Below, piece after piece: positions 27,562 through 37,839 of a stretch of DNA of 64,000 nucleotides. The DNA is taken from the NCBI GenBank assembly GCA_965248435.1, contig OZ252100.1, forward strand, positions 672,001 to 736,000, read 5' to 3'. The notes beneath the pieces are model-generated. The model was not told the DNA's origin and ran no database searches. It was given only the letters and a program-made list of their open reading frames with translations. Numbering within the stretch: position 1 is the stretch's first letter; the number at the start of each line of letters is the position of its first letter. A program made the translations under genes and the position numbers. The DNA is from Candidatus Latescibacterota bacterium. GTDB lineage: Bacteria; Latescibacterota; UBA2968; GCA-2709665.

Positions 27562-29487
27562 ATGAAAAAATTCGAACGACTGTCAGACCATCTCTACCGT
27601 TTCGAAGACACGTGCAACGTCTACGTCCTGACGGACGGGGACACGGCCCTGCTTATCGACGCAGGATCGGGCGCCGTCATCGACCATCTTGGTGAGCTAG
27701 GTATCTCACGCGTGGAATGGGTCCTGCAGACCCACCACCATCGCGACCAGTGCTGGGGCGACGCAAAGCTGATCGACGGAGGTGCGGCCATCGCCGTGCC
27801 GCAGCACGAGCGGCATCTGTTCGAACAGGCCGAGCTGTTCTGGCAGACGCGCCGGACATTTGACAACTACAACGATCGCAACACGTTCTTCACGATCGGA
27901 AAGGACATTCCCGTCCAGGCTGCGCTGAACGATTACGAGTACTTTGAGTGGCGCGGCACGCGTTTCTTCGTCCTCCCTGCCAAGGGTCACACGTTAGGGT
28001 CGGTCGCACTGCTGGCAGAGGTCGACGGTCGTTTGATCGCCTTCACCGGCGATTTGATGGGCCGGGGCGGCGTGCTCTACCAGCTCCACGCCATGGAGTA
28101 CAACTATGGAGATATGATCGGCGCCCTGTTCACGCTCGAGTCGATCCAGGTGCTCAGAGATTGCCTCACCGGAGAAATCATTGCGGGCCAGAAGTTTACC
28201 GATGGGTCTTCAGACACGCCTCCCCTCCTCCTGCCCTCCCACGGTGAGACGATCGACGACCCTATCGGCGATATCAATCGCCTGGAACGAAACCTGACGG
28301 AGTTGGCGGCCCTCGGACGTGGGATGCGAATGGCAGGGCGCGAAAGCATCCCGGAGCCACTCTTCCTGCCTGAGCCCAAATTCATACAGCTTTCGGACCA
28401 CCTGCTCTGGGGTGGAGAATGGACCTGCTCCTTCTTCTATGTCCTGCTTTCCGACTCCGGAAAGGCTATGTTCATCGACTATGGCCACGGGTTTCGCGCG
28501 CACATGCACACCTTCTCCGACCACGACGGTCTGGAATCGATGCGTTTCATCGAACATCACCTGAAACAGCTCAGGAGGGACTTCGGCGTAGAGGCGTTCG
28601 ACCTGGTCGTACCGACACACATTCACGACGACCACACGTGCGGCATTCCCCACCTTCAGCGCCATTACGGGATCCGCTGCTACGCACTCGAACAGGTCGC
28701 CCAGGTCCTGGAAGACCCTGCGGCGTGGGCTTCGACCCCCTGCACCTTCCCTGTCCCCATCCGGGTCGACCGGAAACTGAAGGATGGTGATCTATTCGAA
28801 TGGGAAGAGTACACCTTCGACATCCATTTCGCGCCCGGGCAGACCGAGTATCATTCCGTTCTGGTGTCTCAGATCGACGGAAGAAGAGTCGCCTTCACGG
28901 GCGACAACTATTTCATGCACGAAGTGATGTCAGGCGGGCAGATCCAGATGAAGCCGTATCAAACCACCGTCCTGCGCAACAGTTTTCAGCTGGACATGCA
29001 CCGCCGCTGCGCGGACGTCATGCAAAAGGTGGCGCCAGAACTCATCTGTCCGGGCCACAACGGCATCTATGAATGCGACAAGAAATCGCTCGACACATAC
29101 GCCGACTTCATTCAACGCAAGGAGAGGCTGTTCAGAAATCTCGTCGCCGACCCGGCAGATCAGCACATCGATCTGTTCTGGGTTCGAATGCTGCCCTACG
29201 TATCGCAGGTCAAAGCCGGCCAGAATGCTCACTACAAACTGCTCCTGCGCAACAATTTGGAGCGCCAGGCAACATTCGAGGCGCGGCTTCTCGCGCCTAG
29301 CGGCTGGACCGCTGCGGGCGAATTCTCTTCCCTCAAACTCGAGGCAGGTGCACGCGGTCAGCTCTCACTCGAGGCGACCGCGCCTGACGACGCCGACGGA
29401 ACTCGTCGGCTCATAACAGCGGAGCTTTGTATCGACGGCAACTCTCAGGGACCTGTGGCCGAGGCGCTGATCACAGTGGTTCCCTGA
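27562..29487 (+). CDS. Tandem MBL-fold metallohydrolase
   Basis: Two HxHxD motifs (THHHRDQ, THIHDDH), each followed by FTGD and PSH/PGH. Confidence 0.82.
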   Translation: MKKFERLSDHLYRFEDTCNVYVLTDGDTALLIDAGSGAVIDHLGELGISRVEWVLQTHHHRDQCWGDAKLIDGGAAIAVPQHERHLFEQAELFWQTRRTFDNYNDRNTFFTIGKDIPVQAALNDYEYFEWRGTRFFVLPAKGHTLGSVALLAEVDGRLIAFTGDLMGRGGVLYQLHAMEYNYGDMIGALFTLESIQVLRDCLTGEIIAGQKFTDGSSDTPPLLLPSHGETIDDPIGDINRLERNLTELAALGRGMRMAGRESIPEPLFLPEPKFIQLSDHLLWGGEWTCSFFYVLLSDSGKAMFIDYGHGFRAHMHTFSDHDGLESMRFIEHHLKQLRRDFGVEAFDLVVPTHIHDDHTCGIPHLQRHYGIRCYALEQVAQVLEDPAAWASTPCTFPVPIRVDRKLKDGDLFEWEEYTFDIHFAPGQTEYHSVLVSQIDGRRVAFTGDNYFMHEVMSGGQIQMKPYQTTVLRNSFQLDMHRRCADVMQKVAPELICPGHNGIYECDKKSLDTYADFIQRKERLFRNLVADPADQHIDLFWVRMLPYVSQVKAGQNAHYKLLLRNNLERQATFEARLLAPSGWTAAGEFSSLKLEAGARGQLSLEATAPDDADGTRRLITAELCIDGNSQGPVAEALITVVP

Positions 29488-29505
29488 TAAACGGAAGGTT
29501 AAGGC

Positions 29506-30558
29506 ATGCTGACCAAAACTCCAGATGAGCTCCGTCAGATTACGAAGGGGATCCTCATCGCTGTCGGGACGCCTGAAGACTGCGCGGAGGTAGTTACCGA
29601 AATCCTCGTCGGCTCGCACCTGGCCGGACACGACTCCCACGGGATCCAGCACTTGCCGCGCTACGTCAAGGAAGTACAGGCCGGCGACATCGTGCCCGAC
29701 GCCCGTCCCGAGATCGTCTCGGAGGCGGCCGGCACTACCCTCGTGCGTGGAAACTGGGCCTGGGGCCACTTCACGGCCGACTTCATCACGCGCCTCGGGA
29801 TCCGGAAAGCTCGAGAAAACGGGATCGCCCTGATCAGCACCGTAGAGGTGAACCATATCGGCCGGTTGGGCCACTACATGGAGCACGCGGCCGCGGAAGG
29901 AATCACTACCCTGCTCGTTTCCGGCGGCCACTCCGTGGAATCACAATCAGCCGCTCCGTACGGAGGCCGCAAGGCCGTTCTGTCCCCCAATCCCATCGCG
30001 ATTGGGTTTCCGGCGGCGAAGGGTTCGCCCGTAGTCCTCGATATCGCGACGACACAGGTCGCACACGGCAAGGTCGCGCTGGCCCAAGCCAAGGGTGAAC
30101 AGATTCCCCTGGGCTGGATCATCGACAAAGATGGCAACCCGACAACAAATCCAAACGACATCGATATCTACAAACAAGAGGGCGCCCTCCTGCCATTTGG
30201 CGAGCACAAAGGGTTTGGGTTCATGGTCGCGGTGGAGATCCTCGGCAGGATCCTTTCGGGCTCAGATGCCTATGCGGACACGCCCCACGGCGGCACCTAT
30301 TTCCGTCACGCGGGCGCGAGTCTGATCGCGATCGACAGCGGCGTATTCTCCTCTCTCGGAGAATTCGCTGAACGCACCGAAGAACTCGTCCGACGCATTC
30401 ATGCCGTCCCGCCCGCACCTGGATTTGAGGAAGTGATGGCACCGGGAGATATTGAACTTCGGACCCGGGCAGAACGACTCAAGTCGGGTGTTCAAATCCC
30501 CGAATCCACGTGGGATGAGGTGGTCCAGACCGCAGAATCGCTCGGAGTGAGCCTGTGA
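29506..30558 (+). CDS. Ldh_2 (malate/L-lactate/ureidoglycolate dehydrogenase-like) oxidoreductase
   Basis: GHDSHG, NHIGR, NPIA, LDIAT and HKG motifs. Confidence 0.92.
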   Translation: MLTKTPDELRQITKGILIAVGTPEDCAEVVTEILVGSHLAGHDSHGIQHLPRYVKEVQAGDIVPDARPEIVSEAAGTTLVRGNWAWGHFTADFITRLGIRKARENGIALISTVEVNHIGRLGHYMEHAAAEGITTLLVSGGHSVESQSAAPYGGRKAVLSPNPIAIGFPAAKGSPVVLDIATTQVAHGKVALAQAKGEQIPLGWIIDKDGNPTTNPNDIDIYKQEGALLPFGEHKGFGFMVAVEILGRILSGSDAYADTPHGGTYFRHAGASLIAIDSGVFSSLGEFAERTEELVRRIHAVPPAPGFEEVMAPGDIELRTRAERLKSGVQIPESTWDEVVQTAESLGVSL

Positions 30559-30576
30559 CATCAAACCCGCCTTGCA

Positions 30577-30657
30577 CGACCACAGACCGCGGACCGCTCA
30601 AACCCTTAGCAACAAGTGTGTTCTACCTGGCGGTCTGCTGTCCGTCGTCCGCGGTCC
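30577..30657. repeat. Palindromic 7-mer repeat element (same family as 11355-11440)
   Basis: cgaccac agaccgc ggaccgc tcaaaccc ... gcggtct gctgtcc gtcgtcc gcggtcc. Confidence 0.75.
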
Positions 30658-30916
30658 TGTGCAGCGAATCTCGTGCATCGTCTTAAGCCTAAAGTAATTA
30701 ACAGGTTATTCCGATAGGACGATATGGACCACATAATTTCTATGGCTTGAACGATCAGATAGGATAACTTCCTTGATCCAGAACAGAAAAGCCGAAGGCG
30801 GGTGGAATGACACGGGCGGTTATCGCCGCCCGGACGACATCGAATCGAACGCGTAGCGTTTTTACCCTCAGACCTTTCATTTACCGATCTTCGATTCGCC
30901 GTCGCAGGAGAAACCC

Positions 30917-32524
30917 ATGTCAGACCTGATTCAAGTCTACGATTCCACGCTTCGTGACGGGGCCCAGGCCGAAGGTATTTCATTTTCATCAGATGATAAG
31001 TTGATGATCGCCAGACGGCTGGATGATCTAGGCGTGCACTATATCGAAGGTGGCTGGCCGAACCCGACGAACCCCAAGGACCTCGAATTCTACGACCTGG
31101 CCAAGGATCTGTCTTTGAAGCAGGCCAGGATCACAGCATTCGGAAGTACTCGCCGTCCGACCAATCCGCCGGAAGAGGATGCCATCCTCAACACGCTGCT
31201 CAAAGCCGGCACAGAAATTATCACCATCTTCGGCAAGAGCTGGGAACTCCACGTTACCGAGACGCTGCGCACGAGCCTCCCAGAGAACCTGAAGGTCATC
31301 CAGGATTCCGTGGCCTATCTCGTGGACAACGGAAAAGAGGTGATCTACGACGCCGAGCATTTCTTCGACGGGTACAAAGCAGATTCCGGCTACGCCCTGG
31401 ACACCTTGCAGGCAGCGCAGGAGGGAGGCGCTTTGATCCTTGTGCTTTGCGATACGAATGGCGGGACCCTGCCTTCCGAGCTTGGGGGTATCATCGACGA
31501 GGTCAGAGGGAAAATCAAGCTGCCGTTCGGGATCCACACGCACAACGATTCAGGAATGGGCGTTGCCGCCACGATCACGGCTGTGGAGCGCGGGGCAGTG
31601 CAGGTGCAGGGTACCTTCAACGGCTACGGCGAACGATGTGGAAATGCGAACCTCTCCGCAGTCCTTCCGAACCTCGAGCTAAAGATGAACAAGCGGTGCA
31701 TCGGCCCCGAAAACCTGTCGAAGTTGATGGACTTTTCACGCTTCCTGAGTGAAGTTGCGAACGTCTATCACGATCACCGGCAGCCGTTCGTTGGCGAGAG
31801 TGCCTTTGCGCACAAGGGCGGGGTCCACATCGACGCGATGATAAAACATCCGGCCTCTTACGAACACTGTGACCCTGAAGTCGTAGGAAACCGGCGGCGG
31901 TTTCTGCTTTCGGAGCAGTCCGGGGCGGCGACCGTAACGGCCAAACTGGAACACCTCATCCCGGGACTGGACAAACGCGACCCTACTGTCGTCAAGCTGC
32001 TCCGCCAGATCAAAACACTGGAACACGAGGGCTACGTCTTCGAGGGCGCGGAGGCCTCTTTTGAGATGCTTGCTAGAAAGGCCCTGGGAACCCACCGGGA
32101 CCCCTTTCAACTGATCAGTTTCCGGACCATCAATCGAAAGACCTCGGAGGGAACTGAGGTGGAGGCCATCGTCAAAATCAGCGTCGATGAGGAGACCTAC
32201 CACACGGTCGGCGAGGGAGACGGACCGGTCAACGCGCTCGACGCAGCCCTCAGGCATGCCCTGGAGGAAGTCTATCCCACCTTGAAAGATGTCCGCCTGG
32301 AAGACTACAAGGTGCGTGTCCTTTCGAGCCAGGAAGGGACCGCTGCCAAAGTCCGAGTCCTGATCGAATCGTCGGACGGGACATCGATCTGGAGTACGGT
32401 CGGCGTTTCTGAAAACATCATCGAGGCTAGTTGGATCGCCCTGGTGGATAGCCTGACTTACAAACTCTTCAAAGACGGTGTCCTCTCATCCCACGCTTCA
32501 AAGACCGAGAAGAGACTGGCTTAA
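30917..32524 (+). CDS. cimA: Citramalate synthase
   Basis: DSTLRDGAQAEG, YIEGGWP, DAEHFFDG, GERCGNANL and AFAHKGG motifs. Confidence 0.93.
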   Translation: MSDLIQVYDSTLRDGAQAEGISFSSDDKLMIARRLDDLGVHYIEGGWPNPTNPKDLEFYDLAKDLSLKQARITAFGSTRRPTNPPEEDAILNTLLKAGTEIITIFGKSWELHVTETLRTSLPENLKVIQDSVAYLVDNGKEVIYDAEHFFDGYKADSGYALDTLQAAQEGGALILVLCDTNGGTLPSELGGIIDEVRGKIKLPFGIHTHNDSGMGVAATITAVERGAVQVQGTFNGYGERCGNANLSAVLPNLELKMNKRCIGPENLSKLMDFSRFLSEVANVYHDHRQPFVGESAFAHKGGVHIDAMIKHPASYEHCDPEVVGNRRRFLLSEQSGAATVTAKLEHLIPGLDKRDPTVVKLLRQIKTLEHEGYVFEGAEASFEMLARKALGTHRDPFQLISFRTINRKTSEGTEVEAIVKISVDEETYHTVGEGDGPVNALDAALRHALEEVYPTLKDVRLEDYKVRVLSSQEGTAAKVRVLIESSDGTSIWSTVGVSENIIEASWIALVDSLTYKLFKDGVLSSHASKTEKRLA

Positions 32525-32548
32525 CCCTCAAGAACGCGGTTGCTGTGT

Positions 32549-33721
32549 ATGGAAATCACATCTAGAAGAATCGAACGTCTGCCGCCCTATGTGTTTGAAG
32601 AGGTGAACGCATTGAAGATGAGGCTGAGGCGGAGAGGCATTGACATCATCGACCTGGGCATGGGGAATCCGGACCAACCGACCCCAGCACATATCGTCGA
32701 AAAGCTCAACGAAGTCTCTCAGGACGGCAAGACACACCGGTATGCCCCTTCCGCCGGCCTCATGGCCCTGCGACGCGCCATCTGCCGGCACTACAAGCGC
32801 CGCTACGACGTAGACCTGGACCCGGAGACGGAGGCCATCGTGACGATCGGTTCCAAGGAGGGCCTCTCTCATATCTGCCTCGCGCTGCTCGATCCGGGCG
32901 ACCTTGCCGTCGTACCGAATCCGGCCTACCCTTTGCACTTATATGGCGTAGCCATCGCAAACGGAAACGTGGTCAGCCTTCCTCTGAGGCCGGAAAAGGA
33001 ATTCGTGCCCGAGATTCAGATGATCTCACGGGAGCTCTGGCCAAAACCGAAAATGATGATCTTCAATTTCCCACACAACCCAACCACGGCGACCGTGGAT
33101 ATCGCTTTCTTCGAAGAGATCGTGGATTTCGCGAGGCGTCAGCAGATCATCGTGATTCACGACCTGGCCTACGCGGATATCGTTTTCGATGGATACCAGG
33201 CCCCAAGCCTCCTGCAAGTCAAAGGGGCAAAGGAAGTTGGCGTCGAGTTCTTCACGATGTCCAAATCTTACAACATGGCCGGGTGGCGTGTCGGGTACTG
33301 CCTGGGCAACCCGGACGTGATCAAAGCGCTGTCCGTCATCAAACAGTACTATGACTATGGGGTCTTTACTCCGATACAAGTAGCCAGCATTGCCGCCCTG
33401 GACGGCCCCCAGGACTGCGTCGAAAAGGCGGCGAAGACCTACCAGGAACGCAGAGATACCCTCGTAGAGGGCCTTGACCGAATCGGATGGCCTGTTCCCA
33501 GCCCCAAGGCGTCCATGTTCGCCTGGGCGCCCATACCGGAGAAACATCGGCACCTCGGGTCGATGAAATTTTCTCTCAAACTCATGGAAGAGGCCGAAGT
33601 CGCGGTCGCCCCCGGCATCGGGTTCGGAGATATGGGAGAAGGCTACGTCCGCATCTCCCTGATCGAGAACGAAGACCGGATTCGTCAGGCGATCCGAAAC
33701 ATCAAGCGAGCGCTGTTTTAA
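32549..33721 (+). CDS. PLP-dependent class I/II aminotransferase (AlaC / LL-DAP-AT-like)
   Basis: RLPPYVF, IGSKEG, NFPHNPT and SKSYNMAGWRVG motifs. Confidence 0.9.
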   Translation: MEITSRRIERLPPYVFEEVNALKMRLRRRGIDIIDLGMGNPDQPTPAHIVEKLNEVSQDGKTHRYAPSAGLMALRRAICRHYKRRYDVDLDPETEAIVTIGSKEGLSHICLALLDPGDLAVVPNPAYPLHLYGVAIANGNVVSLPLRPEKEFVPEIQMISRELWPKPKMMIFNFPHNPTTATVDIAFFEEIVDFARRQQIIVIHDLAYADIVFDGYQAPSLLQVKGAKEVGVEFFTMSKSYNMAGWRVGYCLGNPDVIKALSVIKQYYDYGVFTPIQVASIAALDGPQDCVEKAAKTYQERRDTLVEGLDRIGWPVPSPKASMFAWAPIPEKHRHLGSMKFSLKLMEEAEVAVAPGIGFGDMGEGYVRISLIENEDRIRQAIRNIKRALF

Positions 33722-33733
33722 AGGGGCTGCTTC

Positions 33734-34927
33734 TTGGAGTTGATCGAAGGTTCTATCGTCTCGCCAACTGGATTTAAGGCTGCAGGCGTTGCCTGCGGCC
33801 TCAAGCCCGAAGGCAGAGACCTGGCGTTGATCGTTTCGGACCGGCCTGCCAACGCGGCGGGGATGTTCACGACGAATCAGGTGACCGCCGCACCCATACG
33901 ACTGAACAGGACACACCTTCAGGACGGTCAGGCGCAGGCCATCGTGGCGAACAGCAAAAACGCAAACGCCTGCACAGGAGATCAGGGACTCATAGATGCG
34001 CGGAGAATGGCTGAGCTGTCCGCTGACACGCTCGGCCTGACACCGGAGCAGGTGCTGGTCAACTCGACGGGCGTGATCGGTGTTCCGCTGCCCGTGGGCA
34101 AGATCGAATCGGGCATCCCCGAAGCGGCCGCGCAGTTGTGCGAAGAGGGCTGGGAGGCGGCTGCAGAGGCGATCATGACCACGGATACCGTCACCAAGAT
34201 GGCAACCGTAAGAGCGGAGTGGGCCGGTCGAGCCCTCACGCTCTGCGGCATCGCCAAGGGTGCGGGGATGATCGCCCCCAACATGGCCACGATGCTCGCC
34301 TTCCTAGCGACAGATGCAACCCTCTCCCCCGAGGACCTCAAAACCGCTCTCGGCGAAGCCGTGAGCAAGTCCTTCAACTGCATCACTGTCGACGGAGACA
34401 TGAGCACGAATGACACCGTTCTCATCCTCGCAAACGGGGCAAGCGAAGGAGACAGATTTTCAGGGCAGGAAAACGAGGCTTTTCAGGAAGGACTGGACGC
34501 CGTTTGCATCAGTCTTGCGAAACAGATTGCGCGCGACGGCGAGGGGGCCACGAAACTGATCACCGTCCGGGTCGGCGGCGCCAGGTGCGAAGATGATGCC
34601 AGAAAGATCGGACTCTCTGTCGCCAACTCCAACCTCGTGAAGACGGCTGTCTTCGGGAGGGATCCCAACTGGGGCCGCATCCTCTGTGCCGTGGGTTACG
34701 CAGGTGTGCCGATCGAGGAAAACAGGATCTCTGTCTCCGTGGCCGACATCCCTATCTATGAGAAGGGCGCGGGACTTCATTTCGATAACGACACCGCGGT
34801 GGATGCGCTCTCAAATGGTGAGGTAGAGATTCGCATCGACCTGGGGGAGGGGAGCGAAAAAGCGGAAATTTACACGTGCGATCTCACCTACGACTATGTC
34901 AGAATCAACGCGGAATACACAACTTGA
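33734..34927 (+). CDS. argJ: Bifunctional ornithine acetyltransferase / N-acetylglutamate synthase
   Basis: NANACTG, MTTDT, KGAGMIAPNMATML, DGEGATK and YVRINAEY motifs. Confidence 0.97.
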   Translation: MELIEGSIVSPTGFKAAGVACGLKPEGRDLALIVSDRPANAAGMFTTNQVTAAPIRLNRTHLQDGQAQAIVANSKNANACTGDQGLIDARRMAELSADTLGLTPEQVLVNSTGVIGVPLPVGKIESGIPEAAAQLCEEGWEAAAEAIMTTDTVTKMATVRAEWAGRALTLCGIAKGAGMIAPNMATMLAFLATDATLSPEDLKTALGEAVSKSFNCITVDGDMSTNDTVLILANGASEGDRFSGQENEAFQEGLDAVCISLAKQIARDGEGATKLITVRVGGARCEDDARKIGLSVANSNLVKTAVFGRDPNWGRILCAVGYAGVPIEENRISVSVADIPIYEKGAGLHFDNDTAVDALSNGEVEIRIDLGEGSEKAEIYTCDLTYDYVRINAEYTT

Positions 34928-34966
34928 GTCTCTTGTAAGCGTCGCAACAGACGGGAGGGAAAACAA

Positions 34967-36187
34967 TTGAGCGATGTTGAAAGGAATTGGTTCGCCAGTC
35001 GCGTCCTGGGCATCGAGGAATCGATCACGATCGCGACCAGCGCGAGGGCCGGGCAACTCAGACGCGAGGGGATCGACATCATTTCCCTGAGCGCGGGTGA
35101 GCCCGATTTCGATACTCCCGGGAACATCAAGGAAGCCGCCCTTCAGGCCATCAAGGATGGAAAGACCAAATACACACAGCCGGCCAGCGGGATCCCCGAA
35201 CTCAAGGAAACCATCTGCGACAAACTTAAACGGGATAACGGGCTCTCCTACGATCCCCCTCAGATCGTCGTCGCCTGCGGCGCCAAGCAGGTCATCTTCG
35301 ATGCCATCATGGCCCTGATCGAAGATGGAGACGAAGCGATCATACCGGCACCCTATTGGGTGAGTTACGCGGATCAGGTCAAGCTGTTCGACGGGAAGCC
35401 GGTGATTGTAGAAACGACCGCCGAGTCCGGCTTCCGGATTTCTCCCGAGCAACTTCAGAATGCCATCTCACCCAAAACCAAGTTCGTCCTGTTCAACAGC
35501 CCGAACAATCCCACCGGCGAAGTCTATACCAGAGACCAGCTCCAAAAACTGGCCGATGTGATCGCCGACGCCGGCATCTATGTGATCTCCGACGAGATCT
35601 ACGAAAAGATCATCTATGACGGTTTAGAGCACATCTCCATCCCCTCTCTTAATCCCGCACTTATTGATAAATCCCTAGTTATAAATGGGTTATCCAAAGC
35701 CTATGCCATGACAGGCTGGCGTGTCGGCTACGGGGCGGGGCCGCCCGATCTCATGAAATTGATCGCGAAAGTTCAGAGTCAGGAGACGACGAACACCTGT
35801 TCCATCTCACAGTACGCGGCCCTAGAGGCCCTTCGCGGCCCTCAGGCAAGTGTGGAAATGATGCGCCAGGCATTCGAAGAGCGACGCGAGGTCATCGTGA
35901 ACGGCCTCAACCAAATCTCAGGCATCGCGTGTCGGAAGCCTCAGGGCGCCTTCTATGTTTTTCCTGATGTTTCAGAGCTCTACGGTCGGTCCGATGGCAA
36001 AACCGTGATTCAAAACGACGTCGATTTCTGCGAATTCCTCCTCAATCAGGCGCGGGTCGCCGGTGTGCCCGGAAGCGGGTTCGGTGCCGACGCCCACATT
36101 CGACTTTCATACGCGACATCGACGGAATTGATCGAGGGCGCCCTGGACCGGATCGAGAAGGCTGTCGGCCAACTCGAGCCGGCCTGA
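34967..36187 (+). CDS. Aspartate aminotransferase-like class I aminotransferase
   Basis: AGEPDFDTP, SPNNPTG, DEIY and SKAYAMTGWR motifs. Confidence 0.92.
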   Translation: MSDVERNWFASRVLGIEESITIATSARAGQLRREGIDIISLSAGEPDFDTPGNIKEAALQAIKDGKTKYTQPASGIPELKETICDKLKRDNGLSYDPPQIVVACGAKQVIFDAIMALIEDGDEAIIPAPYWVSYADQVKLFDGKPVIVETTAESGFRISPEQLQNAISPKTKFVLFNSPNNPTGEVYTRDQLQKLADVIADAGIYVISDEIYEKIIYDGLEHISIPSLNPALIDKSLVINGLSKAYAMTGWRVGYGAGPPDLMKLIAKVQSQETTNTCSISQYAALEALRGPQASVEMMRQAFEERREVIVNGLNQISGIACRKPQGAFYVFPDVSELYGRSDGKTVIQNDVDFCEFLLNQARVAGVPGSGFGADAHIRLSYATSTELIEGALDRIEKAVGQLEPA

Positions 36188-36230
36188 GGGAAGGTCTGCC
36201 GGATAATTCGCCTTTGGAGAGTATTTGTCT

Positions 36231-37190
36231 ATGAAGAAGAATGCCTATCTCGATTTTGAGCGACCTATCGCCCAGCTCGAAGAGAAGATCGATGAGATCA
36301 AGGCACAAGCGGCCGCGGAGAACTTAGACGTGCGGGCCGAACTGGCCTCTCTCGAGGCCAGGGTTAAGAAGGTGCAGGAAGAGATCTATTCCAACCTGAC
36401 GCGCTGGCAAAAATACCAGCTCTCCAGACACCCACTTCGACCGCACACCCTCGATTACGTCGAGCTTCTTTTAACAGACTTCGTGGAACTGCACGGAGAT
36501 CGCTCCTTTCGAGACGACCCTGCGATGGTTGGAGGATTCGGGCGAATCGACGGTGAGCCCATTATGATCGTAGGCCATCAGAAGGGTCGGAACACCAAGG
36601 AAAACCTTCAGAGAAACTTTGGCATGGCCAACCCCGAGGGATACCGTAAGGCATTGAGATTAATGCAATTAGCTGCGAAATTTTCGTGCCCCGTCCTCTG
36701 TCTGATCGATACACCCGGCGCCTACCCGGGGCTGGGCTCCGAAGAAAGAAGTGTCTCCGAAGCGATCGCTCGAAATCTTTTCGAGATCTCCAGTCTGCCG
36801 ACCCCAGTCATCGTTGCCATCGTGGGAGAAGGGGCCAGCGGTGGCGCAATTGGAATAGGAATCGGGGATCGTATCCTGATGCTCGAAAACGCATGGTATT
36901 CCGTGATCAATCCCGAGTCCTGTTCACTCATTCTATGGCGCAACCGTGATTACAAAGAAGAGGCAGCCGAAGCCATGAAGATCACGGCGCCCGATCTTTT
37001 GGAATTGGGGATCATCGACAAGGTCGTACCGGAACCCTTTGGAGGGGCCCATCGAAATCACGACGAAACGGCCGGGGCATTGAAGCGAGCGGTAGTGGAA
37101 GGCCTGGACCAACTCAGACAGGTTCCCTTGGACCAGCTCGTTCGAATGCGGCGAGAAAAATTCTATCGCATGGGAGTATGGGAAGAGTGA
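36231..37190 (+). CDS. accA: Acetyl-CoA carboxylase carboxyltransferase alpha subunit
   Basis: [21 protein letters not shown] and IDTPGAYPG motifs. Confidence 0.97.
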   Translation: MKKNAYLDFERPIAQLEEKIDEIKAQAAAENLDVRAELASLEARVKKVQEEIYSNLTRWQKYQLSRHPLRPHTLDYVELLLTDFVELHGDRSFRDDPAMVGGFGRIDGEPIMIVGHQKGRNTKENLQRNFGMANPEGYRKALRLMQLAAKFSCPVLCLIDTPGAYPGLGSEERSVSEAIARNLFEISSLPTPVIVAIVGEGASGGAIGIGIGDRILMLENAWYSVINPESCSLILWRNRDYKEEAAEAMKITAPDLLELGIIDKVVPEPFGGAHRNHDETAGALKRAVVEGLDQLRQVPLDQLVRMRREKFYRMGVWEE

Positions 37191-37214
37191 TGGATTTTTC
37201 GATTCCCGGAGAGC

Positions 37215-37245
37215 AAAAAATGGGCCACGTCAGGTCCATTTTTTT
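37215..37245 (+). terminator. Intrinsic terminator after accA (possibly bidirectional)
   Basis: AAAAAA-TGGGCC-acgtca-GGTCCA-TTTTTTT. Confidence 0.75.
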
Positions 37246-37457
37246 GTTGTCGGCAGAGATACTACCCTCTTGCCCGACTAACCTATTGTGGCTTCATCTG
37301 CTACTTGAGATTACATTTCACAAACTATTTGAGGCGCGTCCAAAGCCGATTCTCCGTCACGTTTACACTTAAAAATACTTTTTGTATCGATTCGCTTAAG
37401 TTTCAAGATGTTATCTCACCGAGCTTCTTCTTAAGCGAAATTTGTCTCAAATAAGTC

Positions 37458-37541
37458 TTGACTGAAGGCTGTTGTGCATATATATTCTGACTGTTCTGAA
37501 CAAGCCAAAAGCTTGTATGTTATTGTGCAACAATCTATTAT
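37458..37541 (+). promoter_or_regulatory. Two tandem sigma70-type promoters facing a non-coding region
   Basis: TTGACT (37458)-N17-TATATT (37481) and TTGTAT (37513)-N17-TATTAT (37536). Confidence 0.65.
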
Positions 37542-37575
37542 AACATAATATGTACGTCCGTTACAACGTTACTCC

Positions 37576-37742
37576 ACTGGGAGGGAAAACGGGGAATCTG
37601 GGTCACCTTTGATTCATCGATGCGGTCGTCTTCCGAAACTGTTGTGATGATCGTAGGCAATCCCTTATCTGTGAACCGGAGGTCGAGACCCTTTGTCTCA
37701 CGAGTACTACCGCAAGTGATTCCAAGGTCAACCTCCCTTAGT
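37576..37742 (+). ncRNA. Candidate structured ncRNA domain A (nested long-range helices)
   Basis: GGGAGG/CCTCCC, GGAATC/GATTCC, TGCGGT/ACCGCA, CTTCCG/CGGAGG, plus two side hairpins; no ORF of 60 aa or more. Confidence 0.5.
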
Positions 37743-37839
37743 CATCGTTTCTCCAACCGACGTTTTCTCACTCACAGAAGTTGATTCAGAAGGCGTTTCT
37801 TGTAGGCTCGGATCTTCATTTGCCTTTTCAGTTTGAATT

